From the IMG/VR virus record IMGVR_UViG_3300029395_000163: a DNA stretch of 64,000 bases. The stretch is one strand, 5' to 3'. The stretch comes from a virus. Shown here piece after piece: positions 55,392 through 64,000 of the stretch (its first letter is position 1; each line of letters starts with the position of its first letter). The translations under genes and the position numbers were made by a program. Under the pieces are notes generated by a model. It searched no databases. It was given only the letters and a program-made list of their open reading frames with translations, and was not told the DNA's origin.

Positions 55392-55955
55392 ATGTTAATA
55401 ATCTTAGGTAAAACAGCAAGTGGGAAAAACACAATAGTAAACGAACTTGTTAAGAATTATGGGTTTAAGCAATTAGTTACTTATACTACTCGCCCCAAGA
55501 GGAAAGGTGAAATTGAAGGAATTACATATCATTACATTTCGTTAGAAGAATTTAAAAAGAAAGACAGAGAAGGTTTTTTTGCTGAATCAAGTTATTTCTG
55601 TCCGGCATCCGGCGGAGAATGGGCTTATGGAACAAGCTTAGAGGATTTTAAAAAAGCTGATGATAAAACAGTTTTAATTACTAATCCAAGAGGATACGAT
55701 TCTCTTTTAAGTAATATTGGGCTTGGTCATGCCTGCTCAATATATATTATAGCAAAGGAAGATATTCTTCTTGATAGATTAGAGGAGCGAGGAGATTCCT
55801 TTTTAGAAGCACAACGTAGAATTGTCGCAGATAGAGAGGATTTTGAAGATGTAGGGAACTATGTGGATTTTTGGATTGCAAATGACGGAATGCTTTCTAT
55901 AGAGGAGATTGCAGCCGCAATAAATCGACGAATTGAAAACAAAGAATGCAAATAA
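55392..55955 (+). CDS. Guanylate-kinase-like (d)NMP kinase (187 aa)
   Basis: P-loop GKTASGKNT and YTTRPKRKGEIEGITYHYISLEEF. Confidence 0.65.
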   Translation: MLIILGKTASGKNTIVNELVKNYGFKQLVTYTTRPKRKGEIEGITYHYISLEEFKKKDREGFFAESSYFCPASGGEWAYGTSLEDFKKADDKTVLITNPRGYDSLLSNIGLGHACSIYIIAKEDILLDRLEERGDSFLEAQRRIVADREDFEDVGNYVDFWIANDGMLSIEEIAAAINRRIENKECK

Positions 55956-55987
55956 ATACAACGACATTTTAATTAAAGCAGGAGAGT

Positions 55988-58249
55988 GTGTGTATATTGG
56001 TAAAAGTTATTAAAAGAGACGGAAGTTATGTGGATTTTTGTTCTGATAAAATTTATAAAGCTATTTTAAAGGCGATGCCTTCTGGTTCTGGAGTAGATAA
56101 AAAAATAGCATTAGAAGTTGCGGAAGAAATAAAAGCTGAATGTTGCATCGAAGAAGAAATAGATATTTCCGAGATTGAATCAATGGTCTATGACAAATTA
56201 ATAGACAAAGGACATAGGCTGACAGCAAAATCCTACGAAGGATACAGGAGAATCAGAGAATTTCAGCGTGAAAATAAAAATACAACAGATGAACAAATTA
56301 TCCGATTAGTAGAAGACTCCGATGAATATTTGAAGGATGAAAATGCGAATAAAAACCCCGTATTGAATCCAACAAAAAGAGATTATATTGCCGGATCAGT
56401 AAGTTCAGATGCAACAAAAAGATATTTGCTTTCCCCAGATATTGTACAGGCACATACGGATGGACTAATTCATTTTCATGATTCAGATTATTTTATTCAA
56501 CACATGCATAATTGCGACTTGATTAATCTCGAAGATATGCTTCAGAACGGAACAGTAATTAGCGACGTTATGATTGAAAAGCCGCATAGTTTTTCTACAG
56601 CCTGCAATATTGCAACTCAGGCAGTAGCTCAAATCGCCAGTAATCAGTATGGGGGGCAGAGTATTTCTCTTGCTCATTTGGCTCCATTTGTGGAAGTTAG
56701 TAGAAAGAAAATTCGAAAAGAAGTAGAGCATGAATTGCGTGATATAGCCAACACAGTATTAAAAGGTGAAGAGTTTGAAAGGGTAGCCAACAAAATTACA
56801 GAAGAAAGACTCAGGAAAGAGATCGAAAAGGGTATTCAGACAATTCAGTATCAGTTAGTAACTCTTATGACGACAAATGGACAAGCGCCTTTTATTACTA
56901 TTTTCATGTATTTAAATGAAGCAAAAAACAAAAGCGAAAAGAAAGATATTGCAATGCTCATCGAAGAAATGTTGAAACAGAGAATTCAAGGAGTTAAAAA
57001 CGAAGACGGAGTTTATATCGCTCCGGCATTTCCTAAATTAATATATGTTTTGGAAGAAGACAATATCAAAGAGAATTCTACATACTGGTATCTTACAAAA
57101 TTGGCGGCAGAGTGTTCTTCTAAAAGGCTCGTACCAGACTATATCTCTGAAAAAATAATGCTTGAGCTGAAGGGCGACGTTTACACTTGCATGGGATGCA
57201 GGAGTTTTCTTACTGTTGACAGGTTTACGAGCGAGGTAGGTAATATTGCAAATGCAAAAAACTTTGACACCGACAAGCATAAGTATTACGGACGTTTTAA
57301 CCAAGGTGTCGTAACGATCAGCTTACCTGATATTGCTTTGTCGTCTAACGGAGATTTTGATAAGTTTTGGGATATATTTGAAGAAAGAACAGAGTTGTGT
57401 CATAAAGCATTAAGAGCAAGACATGATAGGCTTTTAGGAACTTCATCAGACGTTGCACCTATCTTATGGCAGCATGGAGCTCTTGCGAGACTCAAAAAGC
57501 ACGAGAAAATTGACCGCCTTCTTTACGATGGATATTCCACCATCTCTCTTGGCTATGCCGGACTGTATGAATGTGTCAAATTTATGACCGGATGCTCTCA
57601 TTCAGACGAAGGAAAAGGAGAAGAATTTGGCTTGCAGGTAATGCAGGCATTAAATGATAAATGTAATCAGTGGAAAGAAGCAGAAAATATTGATTACAGT
57701 TTGTATGGAACGCCGCTGGAAAGCACAACATATAAGTTCGCAAAATGTTTAAAATCTCGTTTTGGAGAGGACATCTTTGTTAAATTAGATGGATTTGATA
57801 GGAATTATATCACAAATTCTTACCATATTCCTGTTTTTGAACCAATTACTGCATTTGAAAAACTCAGAATTGAATCTAAGTTTCAGAAATTAAGTCCTGG
57901 AGGGGCAATTTCCTACATTGAAGTGCCAAGCATGAGCCATAATATTCCCGCATTGTTAAATGTTATTGAATTTATATATAACAATATTATGTATGCTGAA
58001 ATCAATACAAAAAGCTGTTATTGCGAAAAATGTGGATTTGACGGGGACATTCCTCTCGTAGAAGATGCAAACGGAAAACTTAAATGGCAATGCCCTAATT
58101 GCGGCAATGATGACAATACAATGATGGACATTGCATTCAGGGTTTGCGGATATATTGGAACTGCAAAAAATGGAGGAAATCAAGGCAGATATGGAGATAT
58201 ACACGATAGAGTGTATCATTTAGACGATATGGAATATGAGGAGGATTAA
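55988..58249 (+). CDS. nrdD: Anaerobic ribonucleoside-triphosphate reductase (class III)
   Basis: ATP-cone-like start VKVIKRDGSYVDF, glycyl radical region, and a C-terminal zinc ribbon CYCEKCG....CPNCG. Start is GTG 55988 or TTG 55997. Confidence 0.8.
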   Translation: MCILVKVIKRDGSYVDFCSDKIYKAILKAMPSGSGVDKKIALEVAEEIKAECCIEEEIDISEIESMVYDKLIDKGHRLTAKSYEGYRRIREFQRENKNTTDEQIIRLVEDSDEYLKDENANKNPVLNPTKRDYIAGSVSSDATKRYLLSPDIVQAHTDGLIHFHDSDYFIQHMHNCDLINLEDMLQNGTVISDVMIEKPHSFSTACNIATQAVAQIASNQYGGQSISLAHLAPFVEVSRKKIRKEVEHELRDIANTVLKGEEFERVANKITEERLRKEIEKGIQTIQYQLVTLMTTNGQAPFITIFMYLNEAKNKSEKKDIAMLIEEMLKQRIQGVKNEDGVYIAPAFPKLIYVLEEDNIKENSTYWYLTKLAAECSSKRLVPDYISEKIMLELKGDVYTCMGCRSFLTVDRFTSEVGNIANAKNFDTDKHKYYGRFNQGVVTISLPDIALSSNGDFDKFWDIFEERTELCHKALRARHDRLLGTSSDVAPILWQHGALARLKKHEKIDRLLYDGYSTISLGYAGLYECVKFMTGCSHSDEGKGEEFGLQVMQALNDKCNQWKEAENIDYSLYGTPLESTTYKFAKCLKSRFGEDIFVKLDGFDRNYITNSYHIPVFEPITAFEKLRIESKFQKLSPGGAISYIEVPSMSHNIPALLNVIEFIYNNIMYAEINTKSCYCEKCGFDGDIPLVEDANGKLKWQCPNCGNDDNTMMDIAFRVCGYIGTAKNGGNQGRYGDIHDRVYHLDDMEYEED

Positions 58250-58251
58250 GC

Positions 58252-58746
58252 GTGAGGTATGCAAAAATCAGGAGTATGGATATTAGTAATGGAGAGGGCG
58301 TAGGTGTCGCTCTCTTCGTTCAAGGATGCCATTTTCATTGCAATAACTGTTTTAATTCCGAAACATGGGATTTTAATGGCGGCAAAGAATGGACAGATAA
58401 AACCGAAGAAGAGTTTCTAGAGCTTGTAAATAGACCGTATATTCAAAGAATCTCTATTTTGGGCGGGGAACCTTTAGAAAATTGCAATATTTCGTATTTA
58501 AAAAATTTGCTGTTTAAAATCCCACCAAATAAAACCGTCTGGCTATACAGCGGGTTTACATGGGAAGAGATTTCGGAGGTTAGAGAGAAAGAAAGACTTG
58601 TTATATTATGTGATGTCTTAGTGGATGGAAGATATATCCACGAATTAAGAGATATGAATCTCAAGTTCAGAGGAAGCAGTAATCAGAGGATCATTGACGT
58701 TAAAAAATCTTTAGAATCAGGAGAAGTTGTTCTATGGGATATCTAA
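58252..58746 (+). CDS. nrdG: Anaerobic RNR activating enzyme (radical SAM)
   Basis: GCHFHCNNCFN Cys motif; GTG start directly after nrdD. Confidence 0.75.
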   Translation: MRYAKIRSMDISNGEGVGVALFVQGCHFHCNNCFNSETWDFNGGKEWTDKTEEEFLELVNRPYIQRISILGGEPLENCNISYLKNLLFKIPPNKTVWLYSGFTWEEISEVREKERLVILCDVLVDGRYIHELRDMNLKFRGSSNQRIIDVKKSLESGEVVLWDI

Positions 58747-59369
58747 TCAGCCACTTCAAAGGTAAATATCGGATTCTCTGCCCACATAATCAATACAATC
58801 AATTCTCCAGAGACTTAAAAGGAAACTTTGAAGAAATAGATTGCTATATAAAATGTGCGAATAAAGTAACAATTTCATACTATGGGAAAGGAATATTAGA
58901 AGCCTATGTTCCATCTATCGGGAAAGGCAGAAACATTCTTCGAGCGATTGAAGAAGATGGCATGAGCGACAAAATCACAAAAAATTTTGAGACGGATTCA
59001 GAAGTAATCATTAGGTTCCCGGCGAAAGAGATGGATAAGTTCGAAAAATACTTCAAGCCACTCACGTCAGGAGCCGGAATAAGCCCCTTTTCAACGAAAA
59101 ACTTGCCAAAAACAGATTATATCATCGAAGAGGATAAATTGGAGGAGTATAAAAAAATAATCTCGGAATTAGGCTCTGAGACACCGATAGGTATAGCACA
59201 TCTGACTAATACATTTATTAAATCTCTTGCGACAAAAAGAAACCCGTTAGAGAAAATAAAAGCAGATATGCAAATGAAAGGATTGAGAGGGAAAGAATAT
59301 ATAGACAAAATCGGGCAGTGGGATAACTATATAAGATTCTTAAAAAGGAGTATGAAATGTTCGGATTAA
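58734..59369 (+). CDS. Hypothetical protein (211 aa)
   Basis: ORF. Confidence 0.5.
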   Translation: MGYLISHFKGKYRILCPHNQYNQFSRDLKGNFEEIDCYIKCANKVTISYYGKGILEAYVPSIGKGRNILRAIEEDGMSDKITKNFETDSEVIIRFPAKEMDKFEKYFKPLTSGAGISPFSTKNLPKTDYIIEEDKLEEYKKIISELGSETPIGIAHLTNTFIKSLATKRNPLEKIKADMQMKGLRGKEYIDKIGQWDNYIRFLKRSMKCSD

Positions 59370-59476
59370 TTATGGGCATGTCAGCAATGTTTATGGTAGG
59401 TGCTTGCATCGGAATAGGCATGACAGCACTTTGTAGCGCAAGTAGAGAAGCAGAAAATATGGAGGAAAATTTGAAT

Positions 59477-59923
59477 ATGAAAAACGTACAGGATATTTTA
59501 ATCAAGAAACTCACAGATACAGCAGTAATTCCAACAAGAGGAAGTAGTGAAGCAGCAGGAGTTGATTTGTACGCAAATATTTCGGAAGAAATCAAGATTA
59601 AGCCGCATGAAACAAAAAAGATTGGAACTGGAGTCGCAATGAAACTGCCAAAAGGAACATTTGGAGCTATCTTTGCTCGAAGCGGATTAGCAACGAAAAA
59701 TGGGTTAAGACCTGCTAATTGTGTAGGAGTGTGCGATTCCGACTACAGAGGAGAGTATATCGCTCCGTTACATAACGACACAGAAGAAATTCAGGTAGTT
59801 AAGCCGGGAGACAGAATTGCTCAGTTGGTTTTGATGCCATACATTCCAATGGATTTTATTGAAGTAGTCGAGTTAGAAGAGACAGAAAGAGGAACTGGCG
59901 GCTTTGGCTCAACAGGAGAGTAG
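59477..59923 (+). CDS. dut: dUTP diphosphatase. The frame is open from 59357, and a 40-aa hydrophobic N-terminal extension cannot be excluded.
   Basis: Trimeric dUTPase motifs (AAGVDLYA, RSGLA, GVCDSDYRGE, GDRIAQLV, RGTGGFGSTG). GGAGGA precedes the ATG at 59477. Confidence 0.75.
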   Translation: MKNVQDILIKKLTDTAVIPTRGSSEAAGVDLYANISEEIKIKPHETKKIGTGVAMKLPKGTFGAIFARSGLATKNGLRPANCVGVCDSDYRGEYIAPLHNDTEEIQVVKPGDRIAQLVLMPYIPMDFIEVVELEETERGTGGFGSTGE

Positions 59924-60205
59924 TATTACTAGGAAGGAGCTAATTTGATGGGTGCTGCATTGGCAATTATATTAGGTGCAATCACAGGAAGAATTATTTA
60001 TCTTATTATGGAGAAATTTCTATGGTAAAAGAAATCAATACTGTTCAAGATTTAATTAATGAACTAAAAAAGTTCCCTTTAGAAATGGAAGTTAGAGATT
60101 ATTGTTTCGACAAAATTGAAGAAGTAAAAATAAAAACATGGACGCACGATAATTATCCATATAATTTGCCAGACAAAGATTACGTCTGTCTTGAGTGAGG
60201 TAAAA

Positions 60206-60424
60206 ATGTTTGTATATATTAAGACAAAAAATCTAATTAAAGGAGTGAATGAATTTTCTTTTAATATAGATACGAAACGAGAAGAGTGTTTGTATATAGA
60301 AGATGGGAATATAGTACTTATTAGAGGGTACAGAGGAATTTTATTCTGTTGTTCCATGGAAAATATCGAATATATAGTAAAAGAAGATGGCATAGAAGCA
60401 GAATCAGATGAGTCATTTCAGTAA
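60206..60424 (+). CDS. Hypothetical protein (72 aa)
   Basis: ORF-track ORF is 60191..60424. GAGTGAGG precedes the ATG at 60206. Confidence 0.4.
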   Translation: MFVYIKTKNLIKGVNEFSFNIDTKREECLYIEDGNIVLIRGYRGILFCCSMENIEYIVKEDGIEAESDESFQ

Positions 60425-60448
60425 ATAAAAAAAGGAGTTTTGATTTAT

Positions 60449-60616
60449 ATGAAGGTTCAAGAATTAATTTCTAAATTAGAAGGAGAATGCATTTGTCGAG
60501 GTTTATATCCAGACGAAGTAGATGTATGCGTCATAGACGACCAAGATTTCATATTTGAAGAATTCAATATTAGATATGAGAGTAAGGATTTGCCATTTAT
60601 AAGCATTGAATTATGA
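60449..60616 (+). CDS. Small hypothetical protein (55 aa)
   Basis: AAAAAGGAG RBS; under the ORF-track cutoff. Confidence 0.4.
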   Translation: MKVQELISKLEGECICRGLYPDEVDVCVIDDQDFIFEEFNIRYESKDLPFISIEL

Positions 60617-60662
60617 TGCAAAACAATTGGAACTATTATTTTCATGCAGAGGAGGTAGATAC

Positions 60663-60959
60663 ATGAAGGAGCGTTTTCAGAACTTAGAGCCGGGAGATAT
60701 CCTGTTCGTAACAGAGGAGGGAGCAAAAACGACGATTCCATATTTAATCATGTATGATAATAGATGGAATTTGATATGTCTAGCCTGTGGAGGAATCACG
60801 GGAAGTTTTAAATCCAAAGAAGAATTGTATGAAGCTGTTAAAGAATGCGTAATAGATATAATTCCGCGCCAAATAGCGACTAATATGATGAATGCCCAGC
60901 TTAGAGGGAGATTCAAATATCCTATAGTAGCTCACGATAACGGTACTTATGTTGGATAG
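60663..60959 (+). CDS. Hypothetical protein (98 aa)
   Basis: ORF-track ORF is 60606..60959. GAGGAGG precedes the ATG at 60663. Confidence 0.5.
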   Translation: MKERFQNLEPGDILFVTEEGAKTTIPYLIMYDNRWNLICLACGGITGSFKSKEELYEAVKECVIDIIPRQIATNMMNAQLRGRFKYPIVAHDNGTYVG

Positions 60960-60967
60960 GAGGGAAA

Positions 60968-61444
60968 ATGGTAGGAATAGGATTTCTTACATTTGTTATT
61001 GTACTTATGGCTGTTGTGTTTATGGATGATATTCCAAATTCCATAAAGAAACAACTATACATTAAAAAACATCCAGAGATTAAGATATTTTTGAACACAT
61101 ATAAACAGCTAAATGAGCGAAGAAAATCGGATTGTGAAGCAATGAGAAGACTGCGTAGCGCAATGGAATGTGTTCCGGAAGAAGAAAGACAGAGCTTAAA
61201 TGATGTCCATTTCAATTTTTTAAAAGACTCTAAGAAAATGGAACGCTGTATGGAAAGTTTTTGCGAAACAAATAAAAACGTGATTCGAGACGCACAAAAG
61301 ATTTTTCTCGATGAATTTGATTGTCGAGCAATGCGATGGGCTGAAAGGGCGCGAGTACAGCAAAAAATCGAAGTTAAAAAACAGAAGAGTATAGCGCAGG
61401 CTGAAAGGAGGAGCTTATGGAAATCAAAGAAATTAGAGAAATAA
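60968..61444 (+). CDS. N-terminally membrane-anchored protein (158 aa)
   Basis: TAGGAGGG RBS; TM helix followed by a charged coiled coil. Confidence 0.5.
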   Translation: MVGIGFLTFVIVLMAVVFMDDIPNSIKKQLYIKKHPEIKIFLNTYKQLNERRKSDCEAMRRLRSAMECVPEEERQSLNDVHFNFLKDSKKMERCMESFCETNKNVIRDAQKIFLDEFDCRAMRWAERARVQQKIEVKKQKSIAQAERRSLWKSKKLEK

Positions 61445-62421
61445 TTAAGGGTAGTGAATATAATTTTCTCCGCAATAACGAGCATTTGTGGAAGAACGTG
61501 ATATTGCTTGGATTAGGAGGGAGTCATGCGTATGGATTAAATACGCCAGAATCAGATATAGACATTAGAGGATGCGCTTTGAATTCCAAAAGAGAGATCC
61601 TATTAGGAAAAGGTTTCGAACAGGTAGAAAATAAAGAAACAGATACCGTAATATATTCGTTCAATAAAATGATTTCTCTATTGTGTAATTGCAATCCTAA
61701 TGTCTTGGAAATTTTTGGTTTGAAACCAGAACACTACTTGTACATATCTCCATTCGGACAAGAATTATTAGATAATAAAGACTTATTTCTTTCTAAGAGA
61801 GCGATAAAGTCATTTGGCGGTTACGCTGTGAGTCAACTATATAGGCTCCAGCAAAAAACTCTATGCGCGTTATCAGAAGAAGAATACAACGAACATATTT
61901 GTAAAGTTATCAATCAAATGATATTTAAACTAGAAAGTAGATACGGTTTAAAAAATGTTAAAGTGTTTGTGGAAAACGGCGAACTGAAGATAACGACCTC
62001 TATAGAGGATTTTCCTCTTGAAGATTTGGCGGGATTATTAAGTGAAATCAACAATACTTCAAGAGATTATAAGAAAAAATCGAAACGCAATGAATACGCA
62101 ATAAATCACAAAAAAGCTGCAAAACATAGCGTTAATCTAATTCGCCTCCAGATGATGGCGATCGATCTCCTAGAGAATAAAGAGATTATCACATATAGAG
62201 AAAAAGAGCATGATTTACTAATGGATATCAGACTCGGAAAATATTTAGACTCAGATGACAAGCCGAATTCTGCATTCTTTGATATCGTGCATGAATATGA
62301 GAAAAAATTTGATTACGCAAAAAATAATACTGAGCTTCCAGAAGAACCAGATATGGACAAGATTAATGACTTTGTTATGTCTGTAAATGAAAGGATTGTA
62401 AGAGGAAGCACATTTGATTGA
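61417..62421 (+). CDS. Pol-beta-superfamily nucleotidyltransferase, RlaP-like (RNA-ligase-associated), 334 aa
   Basis: LLGLGGSHAYGLNTPESDIDIRGC is the GS...D.D nucleotidyltransferase motif. Confidence 0.55.
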   Translation: MEIKEIREIIKGSEYNFLRNNEHLWKNVILLGLGGSHAYGLNTPESDIDIRGCALNSKREILLGKGFEQVENKETDTVIYSFNKMISLLCNCNPNVLEIFGLKPEHYLYISPFGQELLDNKDLFLSKRAIKSFGGYAVSQLYRLQQKTLCALSEEEYNEHICKVINQMIFKLESRYGLKNVKVFVENGELKITTSIEDFPLEDLAGLLSEINNTSRDYKKKSKRNEYAINHKKAAKHSVNLIRLQMMAIDLLENKEIITYREKEHDLLMDIRLGKYLDSDDKPNSAFFDIVHEYEKKFDYAKNNTELPEEPDMDKINDFVMSVNERIVRGSTFD

Positions 62422-62454
62422 TAGCAGAGAAAAAGTTGAAGGAGATAAATAACA

Positions 62455-62724
62455 ATGATTGAGATTCTAAAACCGATTTTCATGACAATAGGTATATCTA
62501 CAGTTGGCTTTATGATTTATGTAGTAGTCTGCGAGATAATCAACAAATTCAATAGATGGCGCAAGAATGGCTGCAAAATTAAATGTCTTTGTAAACCTCA
62601 TATTTATGAATTTTATTGGTTCTTTCCTAATTCTGGGGAGTTAGCATTAAAGTGCAAAAAATGTGGGAAAATAAAAAAAATTATAGTTGATAAAGAATCT
62701 TTTGATACCGGGATGTGGAAGTGA
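62455..62724 (+). CDS. Small TM plus Cys protein (89 aa)
   Basis: ORF. Confidence 0.45.
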   Translation: MIEILKPIFMTIGISTVGFMIYVVVCEIINKFNRWRKNGCKIKCLCKPHIYEFYWFFPNSGELALKCKKCGKIKKIIVDKESFDTGMWK

Positions 62725-62826
62725 ATATGGGAAATAAAATTGAAAAAGTGATTGGTGTGCTACCTATCACAAATAGAATATGTTATGGAAAAGTAGATAA
62801 AGAAAATAGATGAGAGAGATGAAAAG

Positions 62827-63096
62827 ATGACTAACGAAGAAGCAATAAAAGAATTAAGTTATGATGATACGGCTTACGGAGGTAATTGTACCTATGAAGT
62901 CAGAATGGAAGCAATTAAGGCGTTGGAAAAACAGATTCCTAAGAAAGTCACAAATATGAAACGTATTCTTGATTTTTCTGGAAACTATTATACTTCAAGA
63001 GGAAATTGTCCTTGCTGCAAAGAAGGACTTAATAGGTCTTTTATTTATTGTAATAAGTGCGGACAAAAACTTGATTGGGGAGGAATAAATGGATAG
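62827..63096 (+). CDS. Small zinc-ribbon protein (89 aa)
   Basis: CPCCKEG....CNKCGQ. Confidence 0.45.
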   Translation: MTNEEAIKELSYDDTAYGGNCTYEVRMEAIKALEKQIPKKVTNMKRILDFSGNYYTSRGNCPCCKEGLNRSFIYCNKCGQKLDWGGING

Positions 63097-63352
63097 AAGA
63101 AATAGAAAATATTATTTGGTGAGATTACCATATTATCATAATACATGTGTTAAAAAATTAAAAGAAATTAAAACGGTAAAGATTGCAAATCCTTATGATT
63201 TTGATAAAGATAGGAAGTATGGATACGCAAACTGTTTAATTGGATTTTCTAATAATGTAGAAAATTCTGTTCTTACAATTTTAAATTCAAAATGGGAGTA
63301 TGGTTATAAACCAAAATATAAAGAAATTACTAAAGAAATGATTGGACATTAG
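63089..63352 (+). CDS. Hypothetical protein (87 aa)
   Basis: ORF. Confidence 0.45.
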   Translation: MDRRNRKYYLVRLPYYHNTCVKKLKEIKTVKIANPYDFDKDRKYGYANCLIGFSNNVENSVLTILNSKWEYGYKPKYKEITKEMIGH

Positions 63353-63370
63353 GAAAGATACAAATAAAAA

Positions 63371-63874
63371 ATGGGAAAATCATTAGAATTTATTAAAGAG
63401 AGAATCAAATCAGGTGGGACAAACGGTATGGAGAATAATAAATATAACTGGATGGAAGAACAAACACCGTTTGAAGTTCTCAAAGAATCATTAAAATTAG
63501 CAATTACAGGTTCTATCTTATGTAACCAGACATTTAAATATAACATTCTAAACAAAGGTACATTTAAGGTAAAACTTATTTATAATCCAGATGCCGAATA
63601 TGATTATTTTACAATGCAACATTGCTCATCTGATGGAACTTATGCACATCTTTATGAGTTGATGGAAATATGTGTAGAAAACATCATTAATCTTAAAACT
63701 TATTTTAAATCTGTAAAAATTCCAAAAGATCTATCAGAACATACTATAATTTATACCATAGGTGATTTTGTATTAGCTTCTGAAACGGATAGGAAAAAAT
63801 TTAAAACAGAGGATAAACCTTGGTTGGATTGTAGATTTACTGCAATGTTGCCTATTAAATTTGAGATTAAATGA
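63371..63874 (+). CDS. Hypothetical protein (167 aa)
   Basis: ORF. Confidence 0.5.
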   Translation: MGKSLEFIKERIKSGGTNGMENNKYNWMEEQTPFEVLKESLKLAITGSILCNQTFKYNILNKGTFKVKLIYNPDAEYDYFTMQHCSSDGTYAHLYELMEICVENIINLKTYFKSVKIPKDLSEHTIIYTIGDFVLASETDRKKFKTEDKPWLDCRFTAMLPIKFEIK

Positions 63875-64000
63875 TGCCTGAAACGGCAGTTTTATTTGGA
63901 AAATAAAATATATAATAATATAAGAATAGGAGAAATTTAGAACAGATGAATTAACAATCATGGCAAGGAAGGATAATAAATTAAATATGAAAAGTATATT

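Noticed and set aside
59357-59476. N-terminally extended dUTPase with a 40-aa hydrophobic leader
   Set aside because: The frame is open and an AGGAG RBS precedes 59357. However, the conserved dUTPase core starts at the Met at 59477, which has its own GGAGGA RBS. The extension is kept only as an alternative.
1-64000. CRISPR arrays, tRNA or rRNA genes, virion structural genes
   Set aside because: No regularly spaced direct repeats, no cloverleaf-like conserved tRNA features, and no capsid, portal, terminase or tail motifs were noticed in any frame.

Overview
This window reads as about 64 kb of the early / DNA-metabolism region of a large phage or prophage from a low-GC, anaerobic Firmicute. 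It is AT-rich, uses Shine-Dalgarno-dependent starts with frequent TTG/GTG, and encodes NrdDG and several radical-SAM genes. No virion structural genes fall in the window.

Layout:
- (a) A leftward (minus-strand) regulatory module (1..2451). It ends in a large gene that runs off the left edge and carries two copies of a 23-bp motif upstream of two of its genes.
- (b) A roughly 1.1-kb non-coding region (2590..3720). It holds two perfect DnaA boxes, G/T-rich iteron-like repeats, a leftward terminator, and a rightward promoter feeding a possible small RNA with its own terminator.
- (c) A strongly terminated moron gene (3727..4515) bracketed by 14-19-bp inverted repeats.
- (d) About 22 kb of small rightward genes of unknown function (membrane, secreted and Cys-rich proteins). 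These include a large multi-zinc-ribbon protein, an M28/M42-like metallopeptidase, three DUF5688-like paralogs, a HicA/HicB toxin-antitoxin pair, two ribbon-helix-helix proteins and a PC4/YdbC-like protein.
- (e) A tyrosine integrase and an HNH endonuclease (26.6..28.3 kb).
- (f) A single transcription unit (28.5..33.05 kb) that fuses an ECF-like sigma domain to a DUF262/ParB-like domain, followed by an SPFH (flotillin-like) membrane module.
- (g) A recombination and replication module: a Rad52-type annealase candidate, an HD hydrolase, a Cas4-like exonuclease, SSB, DnaB-like helicase, DnaG primase, a 1143-aa Pol III alpha, and an ERCC4-like nuclease.
- (h) Tandem paralogs with a conserved 25-aa N-terminal tag, followed by a radical SAM enzyme and phosphoesterases.
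- (i) Candidate counter-defence genes: a Lar-like zinc-ribbon fusion, a PARG-like macrodomain, and an RNA-repair set (Rnl5-type RNA ligase, polynucleotide kinase/HD phosphatase, RlaP-like nucleotidyltransferase).
- (j) NAD-dependent ligase LigA, a secreted SH3b-3D cell-wall protein, an HPr/Crh-like protein lacking His15, guanylate-kinase-like kinase, NrdD/NrdG, dUTPase and many small ORFs.

All family assignments come from motif-level reading of the six-frame translations. No searches were run.
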